34,540 nt of DNA, taken from positions 1-34,540 of the IMG/VR virus record IMGVR_UViG_3300033067_001012, one strand, 5' to 3'. Origin of the DNA: a virus. Lineage: Duplodnaviria; Caudoviricetes. The notes beneath the pieces were generated by a model. It was not told the DNA's origin. It worked only from the letters and a program-made list of their open reading frames with translations, and did not search any database. The position numbers and the translations under genes were made by a program. Positions 17,517 to 26,960 of this stretch are shown piece after piece (position 1 is the first letter of the stretch; the number at the start of each line of letters is the position of its first letter).

Positions 17517-18214
17517 TTGAAATTACCTCCTGACACAAAATTAAATCCTCGGTGTGCGGCGACAGCCCCATCGCACCGTAGGATCTCAATTTCTGTATTC
17601 GTTCGCTTAATGAGCGCCTTTGATTCCATGGCAGCACTTGCAATTTCTGGAGTGACCTGTCGCCCATATTCTGGAGCAAGATCAATCGCTAAATTAAAGC
17701 GAAGCATGCGCAAGTAACCAGGTGGGAAGTCAACCGTGGTATCTAGTGTTGAAATCTGTGAAAGCGCGCGAAGGGTGTATAAATTTAAAGTGTTTGCCGC
17801 TGATGGCGTTGGATAAAGATAAAGCGTCCGCGCTGGATAGGCGCCGTTATCCCAAAACATCTCAGGGATATTTGATTGAAGTGACTTGTTACCGATCCGA
17901 GCGTACTCGACTTCTGTGAGCGGCTTCATGGCGTACTCTTGGGTGCCGACTTGGATTGTTGCAAAATCAACACGCATGGGACGAGTCGTGATGGATCCAC
18001 CAGAACCAAGCAAATAGCTTGATGTACCTGGCGTTAACGTGATCGAGGCTTCTTTTTTCTGTTCATAAATGAGCAAGTTTTCATTGCTTAGGCTGTCTAT
18101 GAGTGCATTTAAAGTGACAAGGCCGTCAGACGCTTCACCCGCTTGAAGTGACTCTCCCGGTGCGATTGCGCCGATTAACCTAAGTGATGATGTGATTAAC
18201 TCGCGTCCTGTCAT
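17513..18214 (-). CDS. Head-tail adaptor (P22 gp4-like)
   Basis: LI..SLRLIG...GE...E..DGL..LN; PPGY...L.FNLA..LAPEYG. Confidence 0.8.
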   Translation of the reverse strand: MTGRELITSSLRLIGAIAPGESLQAGEASDGLVTLNALIDSLSNENLLIYEQKKEASITLTPGTSSYLLGSGGSITTRPMRVDFATIQVGTQEYAMKPLTEVEYARIGNKSLQSNIPEMFWDNGAYPARTLYLYPTPSAANTLNLYTLRALSQISTLDTTVDFPPGYLRMLRFNLAIDLAPEYGRQVTPEIASAAMESKALIKRTNTEIEILRCDGAVAAHRGFNFVSGGNFN

Positions 18215-18238
18215 TCATTCCCCTTGTTTTGTGGTTTT

Positions 18239-18267
18239 GCGCCCGAAAGCCATTGACCTTCGGGCGC
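18239..18267 (-). terminator. Stable 13-bp hairpin after the coat gene (no U-tract; likely stabiliser or attenuator)
   Basis: GCGCCCGAAGGTC-AAT-GGCTTTCGGGCGC pairs fully, with G-U wobbles, on the sense strand. Confidence 0.5.
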
Positions 18268-18282
18268 GTACCGTAAAACTAA

Positions 18283-19515
18283 TTAGCCCAAGATCTTACA
18301 AGCCCACTCTGGACGAAGTGCGGCCCAGCCGTACATCACGTCCATACGACATCGGAACTTGTCGTTCGAGAAGTCGAAGTCACGAACCACGCGCAAGCTG
18401 ATGCCAGTTTCTGGGTCTGTTTCAACCGCAGAAAAGTGCACACCTTGTGGGAGTTCGAGTGGAACGAATGCAAGACCGAAAGACTGTTCGTGCATCAGGA
18501 GGTTGTGAGCAGTAACTGCAGAAGTACCGACAGAAGCACCACCAAGGGTGAAGCTCAGAGCGGCGTTATCTGCTGGAGCTGCGACAACGTTCTGGAGTGA
18601 ACCAGAGCTATAAATCGCAGGACTGATCACGATGGTACAGTTACCTGAACCGTCAGACGAAGCATCGGCAGTCACAACGAATTGTTGAAGCTGACCGGTG
18701 TCTTGCTTAGTGATTGGGTTACACTTGTTAACGCCAGCGATAGAGAAAATATCGCCCGCTTTAACGCGGTTTGCAGCGGCAGCCGTCCAGCCGTCAGTGA
18801 TGAGGGATGTGGTTCCGTTTGCAACCGATGCCATGTTCACAAGCGGAGTACCTCCGCGCTGACCAGATGTGTTGGAATACACGTTTTGTGCAACCATCCA
18901 CTCACCGCCAGCAGCAACACCCATCACGCCGCGCTTATATTGTTTTGCAATTGAATCGCCATCTTGGAAAAGGCCTTTCAATGCGTCAACAATTGAAGTC
19001 GAAGCCGCCGGGTTGATCAAGTAAGAGTACTTATCGTCTTGTGGGCCAGCTGACTCCATGACTTTTTGCTTGGCTTGCAAGTAAGTGAGGAGTGCGCTTG
19101 GAGTGGTCGCAGCAGTACCGACAGCGTTATAGACCTGCTTTGCAGCAAGGGTCAAACCGTCGATATCTACTTGGTTCACGAGTGCCAAAGCAGCTGGAGA
19201 AAGATAGCGGCTAGAGAACTCATCGATGCTCAAAGTCAGGTCGCTTGACAAGAAGTCAAAACCAACGTGCTTTTGAGTGTCGATTGACAATGTGACAGAA
19301 TCTTCGGTCACGTCTTGAGCTGAGTAAGTCGCGCCGCTTGTTACTGTGAAACGGTTTGGCTTACGGATTTTTTCTGAGGTACCGATCTTGGCACCTTTTT
19401 TAGCGAAGTCTTTAGAATAAGATTTATCGACGTTTGCCGAGAAACCCATTCCGTTTTTAAATTGCATGAGCGCTTCTTTAGCGATCATGCTTGGGGTCAA
19501 AATACTATTTGCCAT
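18283..19515 (-). CDS. Major capsid protein (P22 coat gp5-like)
   Basis: MANSILT..MI..EAL, KIG....IRKP.RF, R.DVMYGW..LRPEWA; AAGGAG RBS. Confidence 0.92.
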   Translation of the reverse strand: MANSILTPSMIAKEALMQFKNGMGFSANVDKSYSKDFAKKGAKIGTSEKIRKPNRFTVTSGATYSAQDVTEDSVTLSIDTQKHVGFDFLSSDLTLSIDEFSSRYLSPAALALVNQVDIDGLTLAAKQVYNAVGTAATTPSALLTYLQAKQKVMESAGPQDDKYSYLINPAASTSIVDALKGLFQDGDSIAKQYKRGVMGVAAGGEWMVAQNVYSNTSGQRGGTPLVNMASVANGTTSLITDGWTAAAANRVKAGDIFSIAGVNKCNPITKQDTGQLQQFVVTADASSDGSGNCTIVISPAIYSSGSLQNVVAAPADNAALSFTLGGASVGTSAVTAHNLLMHEQSFGLAFVPLELPQGVHFSAVETDPETGISLRVVRDFDFSNDKFRCRMDVMYGWAALRPEWACKILG

Positions 19516-19542
19516 TTAAGGACTCCTTAAAACGGCAGCCTC

Positions 19543-20508
19543 TCAGCGCCGCTTCATTTGTGCGCGCCGACGCTCAACGTATTCGACAAATGTGAGCTCA
19601 GGGTCGTCAAGCTGTCGCAATGCCGTCCCCTTCGTTCCACCTACCGGTTCAATTGGTTTCGGTGCGCTGGTTGTTTTTTTTGTTTCTTTGGTTTCTTTTT
19701 GTTCAGAGGCTTTAAGAGCAATTCGCGCTTCGATCTTCCCGATCTCACGAGCAGCCGAAAGCGGGCCAAGTTTTACGATTCGTTCAAACTCAGCTCTATT
19801 TTTTGCTAGCTCATAGGCGACTTGCGGCCCGAAATCAGACTCAAGGATTGCGGCTTGAATTGCCGGAGTAATCGGAACATCTTTTGCATCATCCAAAACC
19901 TCATCGAAATCATCGACAGTTTTAGCAAAAGCATTCTTGCGCTCATGATAGGCTTTAAAAACCTTTTCCTGTTCGCTTAGAAAGTTCTTTTTATCGGCTT
20001 CAATTTTAGCTTTTTTCTCACGCTGATCGAGTTTCCAATCCGTTAAGGCATTGATGTACTCTTTATGCGTTTCGAAATCGTCCGGGCTTGGTTCAGCATC
20101 GTCCGACTTTGTAACCGCTTGCTTTGCAGGTTCTTCTTTCTTTTGGTCATTTGGCGCTTTTAGTGCCTGAGACTTCCAGTACTCGATTTCTTGCTCAGCC
20201 GCCTTTTGGCGTGCGGTCATTTTGTCGATTTTCCGCTGAAAACCGCCCTTTTTCTTCCCTTTGTCTTTACCAGACTCCTCGGCTTCATCTGATTCATCAG
20301 AATCAACCTCATTGTCTCTGGCCTCTGCTTCTAAGGGTTCCGAGTCCTTAGTTTCTTTCTGCTCAGGTTTTTCAACCGGCGCGGATGTAACCTCGACCTT
20401 TTCGCCACGACGCAATTTTTGAAAATCACTAAAAGATAACGACGGGTCGCTAACATCTGTGATCACTTTTGTTTCGGGTGTATGGCTTTGGTTTTGTGTT
20501 TCGGTCAT
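19543..20508 (-). CDS. Scaffolding protein
   Basis: Charged coiled coil between portal and coat; FQRKIDKMT, P.PDDF....Y, AAREIGKIE motifs. Confidence 0.8.
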   Translation of the reverse strand: MTETQNQSHTPETKVITDVSDPSLSFSDFQKLRRGEKVEVTSAPVEKPEQKETKDSEPLEAEARDNEVDSDESDEAEESGKDKGKKKGGFQRKIDKMTARQKAAEQEIEYWKSQALKAPNDQKKEEPAKQAVTKSDDAEPSPDDFETHKEYINALTDWKLDQREKKAKIEADKKNFLSEQEKVFKAYHERKNAFAKTVDDFDEVLDDAKDVPITPAIQAAILESDFGPQVAYELAKNRAEFERIVKLGPLSAAREIGKIEARIALKASEQKETKETKKTTSAPKPIEPVGGTKGTALRQLDDPELTFVEYVERRRAQMKRR

Positions 20509-22652
20509 GGATTGTCTCCAAGGATTTGACCCGGTGATGGCCCGCCGGTAGGTTGTGGTTGTGTCTGCGGTACAGCGCCCATAGCGCCATTAGCGGACTC
20601 AAAATTTTGTGAAGGTTGTGGGTTTTCGTTTGCCGGAATTTGCGGCAGTAGGTCGATGTGCTGCTGGATTCGTCCGATTTCGGCGGTGAGTACTGCAAGC
20701 GAGTCTTTGGCGCTTAGTTTCGCGCGTTCGATCTCTAGCTCAACCTCGAGCTTCTTAAATTCGATTCGCTCTTTTGATTGAAGCTCGACAAGTTTTTGCT
20801 CTTTTTCTTGATTCAATTGGTTAAGCTGCTTTGTCAGCGCTTCGACCATTTGACTCATCTGCTGCATTTGAGCCTGAATTTGTGGTGGAATGTCTTTGCT
20901 GTTTTTGTCATCAGCCAAACCTGGTGGAAGGGTCTTTTTAAGACGCTCTGCGATCTCTTGAGCTCCTGGCCAATCCATGTTTTTGGCAATGATGTCAGGT
21001 GCCGCTTGCATGATCTGAGGAGCGGCACGCGCCATCTCAAGCATTGAGGAAACCGCTTCCTGGCGCTTGGTCTGGAATGATGGGCCTGTATCGATTGTCA
21101 CGTCGTACTTGCCGACACTCATGTCATACATGACTTGTTTTCCGTTTTCTTCAAACGGACGATTCAGATGGACGACGCGCTCATCACCCTCATCGCCCAA
21201 AATTCTTGCAGTCTGTTCTGTGTCATAAACGTAAGGGATGATGTCGTTTAAGATTCGGCCTGTATGACGAATGGACTTGTTTAGATTGTCAATGAAGTGA
21301 AAGTTTGATGTGTTTGACTGCGCCGTTCTTCGCTGAATGGCGACGCCAGACGTCTCATTTGATTGATTTCCAAGTGCCGCATCAAAAACTCCGGTTGATG
21401 CTTTTAGGTCATCGCTTGCTAACATCCGAGCGTTAGTAATCGCCTGAGTTGAGATATCAGACGACGCACGCTGTGGCGGTGGCACGACCTGATTGCCCAC
21501 GATCATGTTGTAAGGAAGGTATGAGTTATTTTTACGATTCGCCGTCTTCCAAATGTTTTCAAATCCTTCGATTTGTTTTGGATCAGCGATGAATGGGGCT
21601 TTAGGAGCAAGTGCGATGGCTTCAGCTTCAGCAGACGCCATGAAGTTGTACATGCGGGCCGGGTCTTTTGCGTCTCTTGTGATGCCCTTTAAGATCCGCT
21701 TGCCATCGATGTAAATGTCTTTCCCGTAGCACGGGATGATTGGGATGTATTTTCCTGGGAATGTGGTCTTTTCTAAGATCTCGGCGCCGTTTAATTTAAT
21801 CCAAGCGATTTTCGGGATTTTGGTTTCGCGCTGATCTTCGATCGTAACGCCATCCGGAAGCCCGATCTCATCAACTTTTGACTTTAGGACTTCTTCGCCT
21901 GTTGATAAAAGAAGTAGAGTGTCCGGAACGTATTTCTTATAAAAGTACTCGGCGATTCGAACACTACCGCCAGGAAGCCATACCGGGGCTTGATCGCCAA
22001 TAGAGAGTAGACCGTCTTGTCCGGCTAGTTTTGATTTTGGATAAGTGAGGTCGTATTGCTTTTTAGAGAGGTCATCAAAAACGAATCCAAACTCAGCATC
22101 GGATCCGTCTGGAAGCTTGCTTAATGGGTCAAGGTAAGCAGAGAATGGATTTTTAATTTGAACGATCTTTGCTTCTTGCTTAAATGACGTAGGGTCACAG
22201 TACTCGGTGATCACACGCAAGTAGCCAAATCCACCCATGACAGCGAATTCAAACGCGTTCGCGTAAGCAATGTCGGCATTGGAGTCGTATTCAATGTGGC
22301 GGATCAGTCCTTGGCGAACTTTTGCCGTTTGAATGTCGGCCTTGTCATCAACTGGACTTACCTTGATTGATGGCTTATTTTGCCGCTGATCATTTGTGAT
22401 CTGGTTTACTACCTGGGCCATGCGGTTGATAACCAGGCATGGTCTACCGTCTTCTCGACGCTCGTTTTTAATGTCCTGGGGCCACTGGTCGCCAAGAACA
22501 AATTCGATATCGTCTTTAGCTAATTGTCGGTTTGCTGATTCAGCCTGAACACATTGCGAGAATCGCTCTATAGCTTCCCGGTGCAATGCCTCATCGCTTG
22601 AGTCGTCATTGGCATTGTCGCTCGGATTTATTTCTTCGGAAGTTTGCGCCAC
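20505..22652 (-). CDS. Portal protein (P22 gp1-like)
   Basis: GDQWP, RPCL.IN, D.SDA, KD..RMYN, SGVAI..R, GKYDV....GPSF.TKRQE motifs. Confidence 0.93.
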   Translation of the reverse strand: MAQTSEEINPSDNANDDSSDEALHREAIERFSQCVQAESANRQLAKDDIEFVLGDQWPQDIKNERREDGRPCLVINRMAQVVNQITNDQRQNKPSIKVSPVDDKADIQTAKVRQGLIRHIEYDSNADIAYANAFEFAVMGGFGYLRVITEYCDPTSFKQEAKIVQIKNPFSAYLDPLSKLPDGSDAEFGFVFDDLSKKQYDLTYPKSKLAGQDGLLSIGDQAPVWLPGGSVRIAEYFYKKYVPDTLLLLSTGEEVLKSKVDEIGLPDGVTIEDQRETKIPKIAWIKLNGAEILEKTTFPGKYIPIIPCYGKDIYIDGKRILKGITRDAKDPARMYNFMASAEAEAIALAPKAPFIADPKQIEGFENIWKTANRKNNSYLPYNMIVGNQVVPPPQRASSDISTQAITNARMLASDDLKASTGVFDAALGNQSNETSGVAIQRRTAQSNTSNFHFIDNLNKSIRHTGRILNDIIPYVYDTEQTARILGDEGDERVVHLNRPFEENGKQVMYDMSVGKYDVTIDTGPSFQTKRQEAVSSMLEMARAAPQIMQAAPDIIAKNMDWPGAQEIAERLKKTLPPGLADDKNSKDIPPQIQAQMQQMSQMVEALTKQLNQLNQEKEQKLVELQSKERIEFKKLEVELEIERAKLSAKDSLAVLTAEIGRIQQHIDLLPQIPANENPQPSQNFESANGAMGAVPQTQPQPTGGPSPGQILGDNP

Positions 22653-22678
22653 AAATTAAAGTTTGAGGCTGAAAAATC

Positions 22679-22717
22679 TTTACTCTATGTATAAGGGATG
22701 TTTACAAAATGTATAGG
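22679..22717. promoter_or_regulatory. Two copies of TTTAC-N3-ATGTATARG in the divergent region upstream of portal
   Basis: 22679-22695 and 22701-22717; third copy at 26671-26687. Confidence 0.55.
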
Positions 22718-22728
22718 CAGGCGGTAAT

Positions 22729-22974
22729 GTGTACGGCAAGATGAGTGATGAAATTAAAGCCACATGGAACCTAGACAAACAAATAACGGTTGCCAAGTTT
22801 AGCCCCGAAAAGGAGTTGGAATTAAGACTAGAAGGCTACGCGCGTGCGATTGAGATGCTTAAGGCCATACCTTGCGCATACGGCGACGCTGACAGCGGCC
22901 TGTGTGAGTGTTACGGCTGCCAGCAGAGAGGTGGGGCCAACTACCTCGAGGAGAGCAACCCGTGGAAGAAATGA
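22729..22974 (+). CDS. Hypothetical protein with a Cys cluster (start GTG 22729 or ATG 22741)
   Basis: First gene of the plus-strand cassette; ATGA-coupled to the next gene. Confidence 0.6.
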   Translation: MYGKMSDEIKATWNLDKQITVAKFSPEKELELRLEGYARAIEMLKAIPCAYGDADSGLCECYGCQQRGGANYLEESNPWKK

Positions 22975-23306
22975 AACCCGGTCGTGAATTAGACGCGCTT
23001 GTTGCCGAGAAGGTGATGGGTGTTGTGTGGTGTACGATGCCAAACGACCCAGCAATTGGATACGTTGTTCATGGAACCACTGGACAGACTCACTCGGTTC
23101 CTCAAATGATCTGGTCTGGGACGGGCTGGGTTTATGAAGGCATCCCATACTACTCCGCCGACTTCACAGCGGCTTTTACGGTCGTTAAACAAATTTCTAA
23201 AGGTGGCTACCCGTGGCCATTCAGAGAAATCATGCATGAAAATGCAGACGTTGATGAAATACCTTTTCAGATTTGTCTCGCAGCATTGAAGGCGGTGGGT
23301 GAATGA
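22971..23306 (+). CDS. Phage ABA-sandwich-domain-like protein
   Basis: GRELDALVAEKVMG...PYYS.D..AA..VV...IC.AAL; start re-placed to ATG 22971. Confidence 0.7.
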   Translation: MKPGRELDALVAEKVMGVVWCTMPNDPAIGYVVHGTTGQTHSVPQMIWSGTGWVYEGIPYYSADFTAAFTVVKQISKGGYPWPFREIMHENADVDEIPFQICLAALKAVGE

Positions 23307-23494
23307 AAGACGCTGAAACAATTGATAGCATAATGGAAAAAGTGCCAGAAAGAGTTCGTTATCGTTGGTGCGTTTCCAGATGGTGCGCGTGTCTAGGATG
23401 TGTAAACAATATGGCCAAAGCCGATCTTTCAAAAGAAGAATGGGAGTCATGGGTTGCTAGAAACCCCAAGCCCACTAAAGGCGGTCGGGAGTGA
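23303..23494 (+). CDS. Small Cys-rich hypothetical protein
   Basis: C-x4-CAC-x2-C; coupled at both ends. Confidence 0.65.
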   Translation: MKDAETIDSIMEKVPERVRYRWCVSRWCACLGCVNNMAKADLSKEEWESWVARNPKPTKGGRE

Positions 23495-23733
23495 ATAAGC
23501 GTGAATTCAAGAAGACTTTAATGCAAAATCCATCAACTCATTTCTATAAATATATGCCGAATGAAAACCAGTGGGTTAAAGAAACGGATTTGAATAATAT
23601 TTCAAACGGCCCACGTATAGTAATGGCCAAAGCAGATTTTTATTTTTTCAAAGAAAAAGTTCGCCAAATAGAGCATGAGAATAAAGAAATGAAGCGGGTT
23701 ATTGATGCCCATATCAAAAAGACGCTGGGTTAA
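23491..23733 (+). CDS. Hypothetical protein
   Basis: GTGA-coupled; its stop abuts the terL stop. Confidence 0.6.
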   Translation: MNKREFKKTLMQNPSTHFYKYMPNENQWVKETDLNNISNGPRIVMAKADFYFFKEKVRQIEHENKEMKRVIDAHIKKTLG

Positions 23734-25218
23734 CTAACCCATCCACCCCATGGATCCTCCGCCGTGATCATACGTCTGAATCGGCTTTGGTTTGCTCTTT
23801 TGTGTTTTCATTAGCGCTAAAATGTATGCGCTAGCAAAGTCCGGCGAGCGACCAATTCTAGACACAATGTCGTCCCTGGATTCAACCTTAATCTTTGAAC
23901 CTTGAAGCCTCCACTTAGGAGCGGATAGATCGGCTTTTAGTCTTGAATCGGGCGGGAGCGCAATTCCTGTGTTTTGTGATGGGTCAAGCGCTTCCCTAAA
24001 CTTCCACCAAAGCTCTGACCTAAGATTGAAAAATTTAAGAATTCCTGAAATGTCTGTCCCAAATGAACTCTCGGCAACATTGATCCCTAAAACATGCTGG
24101 CCAGCGTCTTTTAAGAAGTCAAACGGTGCGGATCCAACGCCGATCACGTCGATATGGATTGGTGCCTTATCTCTGAGTGATGAAATCACAAGACCAGCAG
24201 TAGACGGCCCGTCAGGAGTTTCTTTACCTGGGTAACATAACGGCTCATCAAACCACATGCCATGTCGTCTTGCGATGACGGTGTTATCTTTACCACCGCG
24301 AGCAACGTCAACACCAAGAGAATCCATTGGGTCAAGCCTTAGTGCGCGTACCCATCTAGCCATTGCATCTTCAATCCATTTTGTTGGAATGACTTGAAAC
24401 GGATCATCCTCTAGCCCTGCATGGAAATCACCGTTTAACATTTGGGATCTTAATGGTTCTGGTAACGCTTGAAGCGTACTCATGTAGCCCGTACCCATTA
24501 AGTATGGGTTATCGGTCACACGGGACGGGATGAATGTTCTGGATTGTGGTTTAACGGTTTCGCCGTTATGAGTAATTGTGTCGCCATTAGGCAATTCGAT
24601 GTCCTTACCATCTACCGTCGCAAAGTAACGAAGCTCGCCAGGTTTAGCGGGATTGGGATGATTCTTGTCAAGCCATGGTGCGAAGAATGAAATGACCCAT
24701 TGGCCTTCTGCTGATGTCGGCGGGTTAAACGTGAATAAGGCTTGGCACCTTTGATTTTTGTCTGTCGTTCGAAGCCATCCAAGTAAAAATTTAACCTGGC
24801 GCTCAAGGAAATTTGTCGCCTCATCAAATACAAGAAAGTCATGCGGCCTTCCCTGGTATTTGTTCTCATCACCTAAATGTGGAACAGAACCAAACTCAAT
24901 CTGACGATTTTTAAGTCGCCAAATCTTATCTTGCCCGTTGTAACCGTCTCGACTTCCAATGAGCTGAGTTAGGCGGTCAATTACGCCCGTTAGCTGTGTA
25001 GCCTCACGGCGCAAGATCATGATGTTCTTATGGAGTCTTAGCGACTTACCGCACGCAAGGTCTGTCTTTCCCCCTCCAGCGGCTCCGCCGTATCCTAAAA
25101 TATCAGCTTTACTCTCAAATGCTAAAAGTTGTGGGCCAGGAAGTGGCTTCCATGTTGAATCCCTGCGCTCCAATTCTTCCTGTAGCTCAATTGCCTCAAT
25201 ACTTTCAGCGCGGTTCAT
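23734..25218 (-). CDS. terL: Terminase large subunit
   Basis: YGGAAGGGKT (Walker A), LVFDEAT (Walker B), TFNPP, GVDVARGGKD and SPD nuclease motifs; start at ATGA overlap 25218. Confidence 0.95.
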   Translation of the reverse strand: MNRAESIEAIELQEELERRDSTWKPLPGPQLLAFESKADILGYGGAAGGGKTDLACGKSLRLHKNIMILRREATQLTGVIDRLTQLIGSRDGYNGQDKIWRLKNRQIEFGSVPHLGDENKYQGRPHDFLVFDEATNFLERQVKFLLGWLRTTDKNQRCQALFTFNPPTSAEGQWVISFFAPWLDKNHPNPAKPGELRYFATVDGKDIELPNGDTITHNGETVKPQSRTFIPSRVTDNPYLMGTGYMSTLQALPEPLRSQMLNGDFHAGLEDDPFQVIPTKWIEDAMARWVRALRLDPMDSLGVDVARGGKDNTVIARRHGMWFDEPLCYPGKETPDGPSTAGLVISSLRDKAPIHIDVIGVGSAPFDFLKDAGQHVLGINVAESSFGTDISGILKFFNLRSELWWKFREALDPSQNTGIALPPDSRLKADLSAPKWRLQGSKIKVESRDDIVSRIGRSPDFASAYILALMKTQKSKPKPIQTYDHGGGSMGWMG

Positions 25219-25550
25219 ATTCCAAACGTCCCAACCATCCAGTGATATGATGCGAGCAAGCAAACGACGTGAATCAGCTGGTCAAATCCGATCACTACAA
25301 AAAAGTCATGCACTCGACCTTGTGCCCACATTTTAGAGGATACGCGGCTTGTTACGGCATCAACACACCAATGAGCGGCGCCGTTAAAGAGTGCCCACTT
25401 TAAACCAATTGGTATCAGTGGCAATGTGTAGACGACAATATGGGTTGTTAGCCATTTAAACGACTTGCTTTTTCCCTTCGCCATCTTGTCCGTTTGAAGT
25501 ACAAAGTCTGCCAAAAAGTGCGCCAACAGGACTAGAATCATCGTGAACAT
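25215..25550 (-). CDS. DUF3307-like membrane protein
   Basis: AHFLADFVLQ, H...Y, H..VD, GFDQ.IH motifs. Confidence 0.75.
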   Translation of the reverse strand: MFTMILVLLAHFLADFVLQTDKMAKGKSKSFKWLTTHIVVYTLPLIPIGLKWALFNGAAHWCVDAVTSRVSSKMWAQGRVHDFFVVIGFDQLIHVVCLLASYHWMVGTFGI

Positions 25551-25674
25551 TTTCTAAATCTCCTAAAACACGCATGATGTTATCTAAAATCACGTCAGAC
25601 CCGCCCAGTCCATAAAGCGTAATCGCTCGGTGAATTTTCCATCGCGTTACTTTAATTTCTTCTTCTCTTTCCAT
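25456..25674 (-). CDS. Hypothetical protein
   Basis: Fills the gap in the operon but overlaps its neighbours by 28 and 95 nt. Confidence 0.35.
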   Translation of the reverse strand: MEREEEIKVTRWKIHRAITLYGLGGSDVILDNIMRVLGDLENVHDDSSPVGALFGRLCTSNGQDGEGKKQVV

Positions 25675-25796
25675 CGCTTCCTTGCGATTGCTCGCTTCGC
25701 TAAAATCTCATCCACTGCCGCTGACTTATTCGGGCACACTCTGTCGCTAATTGCGGCCTGCATTCTTTTCTTAGGTTGTTTAAAACCCTCGCTCAT
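25647..25796 (-). CDS. 49-aa basic protein
   Basis: ATG 25796 overlaps the stop of the SEC-C gene (ATGA). Confidence 0.5.
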   Translation of the reverse strand: MSEGFKQPKKRMQAAISDRVCPNKSAAVDEILAKRAIARKRWKEKKKLK

Positions 25797-26011
25797 CGCT
25801 TGGATTTTTCCTGTCTCACGATTTCCATTAGCCTCTCGCCAAGTTTTAGCGGTACGGCGTCCAATTTCCCGCAGCAGCGCTTGCACTTAAGTCCTGAACC
25901 GCAGGGGCATTGGCTGTTTCTGATTTTATGCAATGGGTTTGAAACAAGTGGCTGTGAGTTGTCGATTACTTCATTCACCTTTTTTGCGAGTCGTTTTTTA
26001 TCGCCAATCAT
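25793..26011 (-). CDS. SEC-C motif zinc-binding protein
   Basis: RNSQCPCGSGLKCKRCCG. Confidence 0.75.
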   Translation of the reverse strand: MIGDKKRLAKKVNEVIDNSQPLVSNPLHKIRNSQCPCGSGLKCKRCCGKLDAVPLKLGERLMEIVRQEKSKR

Positions 26012-26421
26012 TCCTTAACCTCGTTGCGCTTTGACATAAGCTCTGCCAATCTCGCCTGAATCTGCTCATCTGATAGCTTTGATAGGTCTTTTGTTTCGAT
26101 GGGCTTACCATCTGGGCCTGAGTGTTCAAGGGCCGACTTGTCTTTTTGGTTCAAGTACTGCTTTCCTAACCATATTTGCATGGTCGCGTTTCCATCTTGT
26201 GCAAGCTGCCACTGTGCGCGACGAAGTGCGACTTTACCTGATCCTCGTTTTTGTGCGAAATACTCCGCAAAAGTCATGCCATGTACCTCCTGACATCGGC
26301 GAGCGACTGTATCTACCGAGCATTCAAAGAACTGCGCGATCTCTTCCTCTGTGCATTGCAACGCGCACAATTTGTCTAAGCTATCAAAATCGACTTCAAT
26401 TTTTGGTCTACCCATCACCAT
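26008..26421 (-). CDS. terS: Terminase small subunit
   Basis: GRPK N-terminus, HTH (CT.EEIA.FF.CS.DT), LRR.Q...A..GN.TM.IWLGKQYL.Q, EHSGPDGKPIE. Confidence 0.85.
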   Translation of the reverse strand: MVMGRPKIEVDFDSLDKLCALQCTEEEIAQFFECSVDTVARRCQEVHGMTFAEYFAQKRGSGKVALRRAQWQLAQDGNATMQIWLGKQYLNQKDKSALEHSGPDGKPIETKDLSKLSDEQIQARLAELMSKRNEVKE

Positions 26422-26633
26422 GGGCCCCCGTCGATATCTTTGTATGCGTCCATATTTGGCTCAGGAATGAGCGCGACCTGAAAGACATGGTTCTGATACT
26501 TCATGATGTCTACAAGCGCCTGGGAGTCGTTTTGATCTAAATCAAATGAGATCCTAAGTGCGCCGTCGGCTTGGGTCGCTGCTCTTGCAAAGTGTGCCTT
26601 GAATGTGATCCCGACCTGATCCTTGTCGTGCAT
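26415..26633 (-). CDS. Small beta-rich hypothetical protein; first gene of the packaging operon
   Basis: T..DG.LRI.FDL pattern; overlaps the terS start. Confidence 0.6.
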   Translation of the reverse strand: MHDKDQVGITFKAHFARAATQADGALRISFDLDQNDSQALVDIMKYQNHVFQVALIPEPNMDAYKDIDGGPW

Positions 26634-26651
26634 GATTCAAAGAATATCGGG

Positions 26652-26708
26652 CGTAAAACTTTATGATAGTTTTACATAATGTATAAGTATTTTTTACGTA
26701 AAACTTTA
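26652..26708. promoter_or_regulatory. Operator array in a divergent promoter region
   Basis: CGTAAAACTTTA twice (26652, 26697); inverted repeat GTAAAACT-N7-AGTTTTAC (26653-26675); palindrome TTTTACGTAAAA (26692-26703). Confidence 0.65.
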
Positions 26709-26721
26709 GTATAGTAACCAC

Positions 26722-26940
26722 ATGAGCGATAAGTCTTTGGATGATGTAATTGGGGGTTTTGAACTTGGTGGCGCGTCAGCCGAGATGGGCGAAGATAGAA
26801 AGCCCATTACCATTTGGGTGCACAAGGACTACAAAACAGATTACGACGATTTGCAGCGCAAGAGCAATGGGCAGTTCTGCAAAACCCTACGACAAATTTT
26901 CATGCTTTCGATCGATAAGGCTAAATCAAAAGTGGGCTAG
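26722..26940 (+). CDS. Ribbon-helix-helix-like regulator
   Basis: RKPITIWV strand followed by two amphipathic helices; divergent from the packaging operon. Confidence 0.6.
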   Translation: MSDKSLDDVIGGFELGGASAEMGEDRKPITIWVHKDYKTDYDDLQRKSNGQFCKTLRQIFMLSIDKAKSKVG

Positions 26941-26960
26941 AGCTCGCTTTGGGGGTGGGT

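Noticed and set aside
18272-18280. CGTAAAACT after the coat gene as another operator
   Set aside because: A single half-site; the same 9-mer also occurs inside coding regions (about 3660 and 11226).
26640-26670. Sigma28-type late promoter (TAAAGTTT...CCGATA) on the minus strand
   Set aside because: The spacing between the boxes does not fit the consensus.
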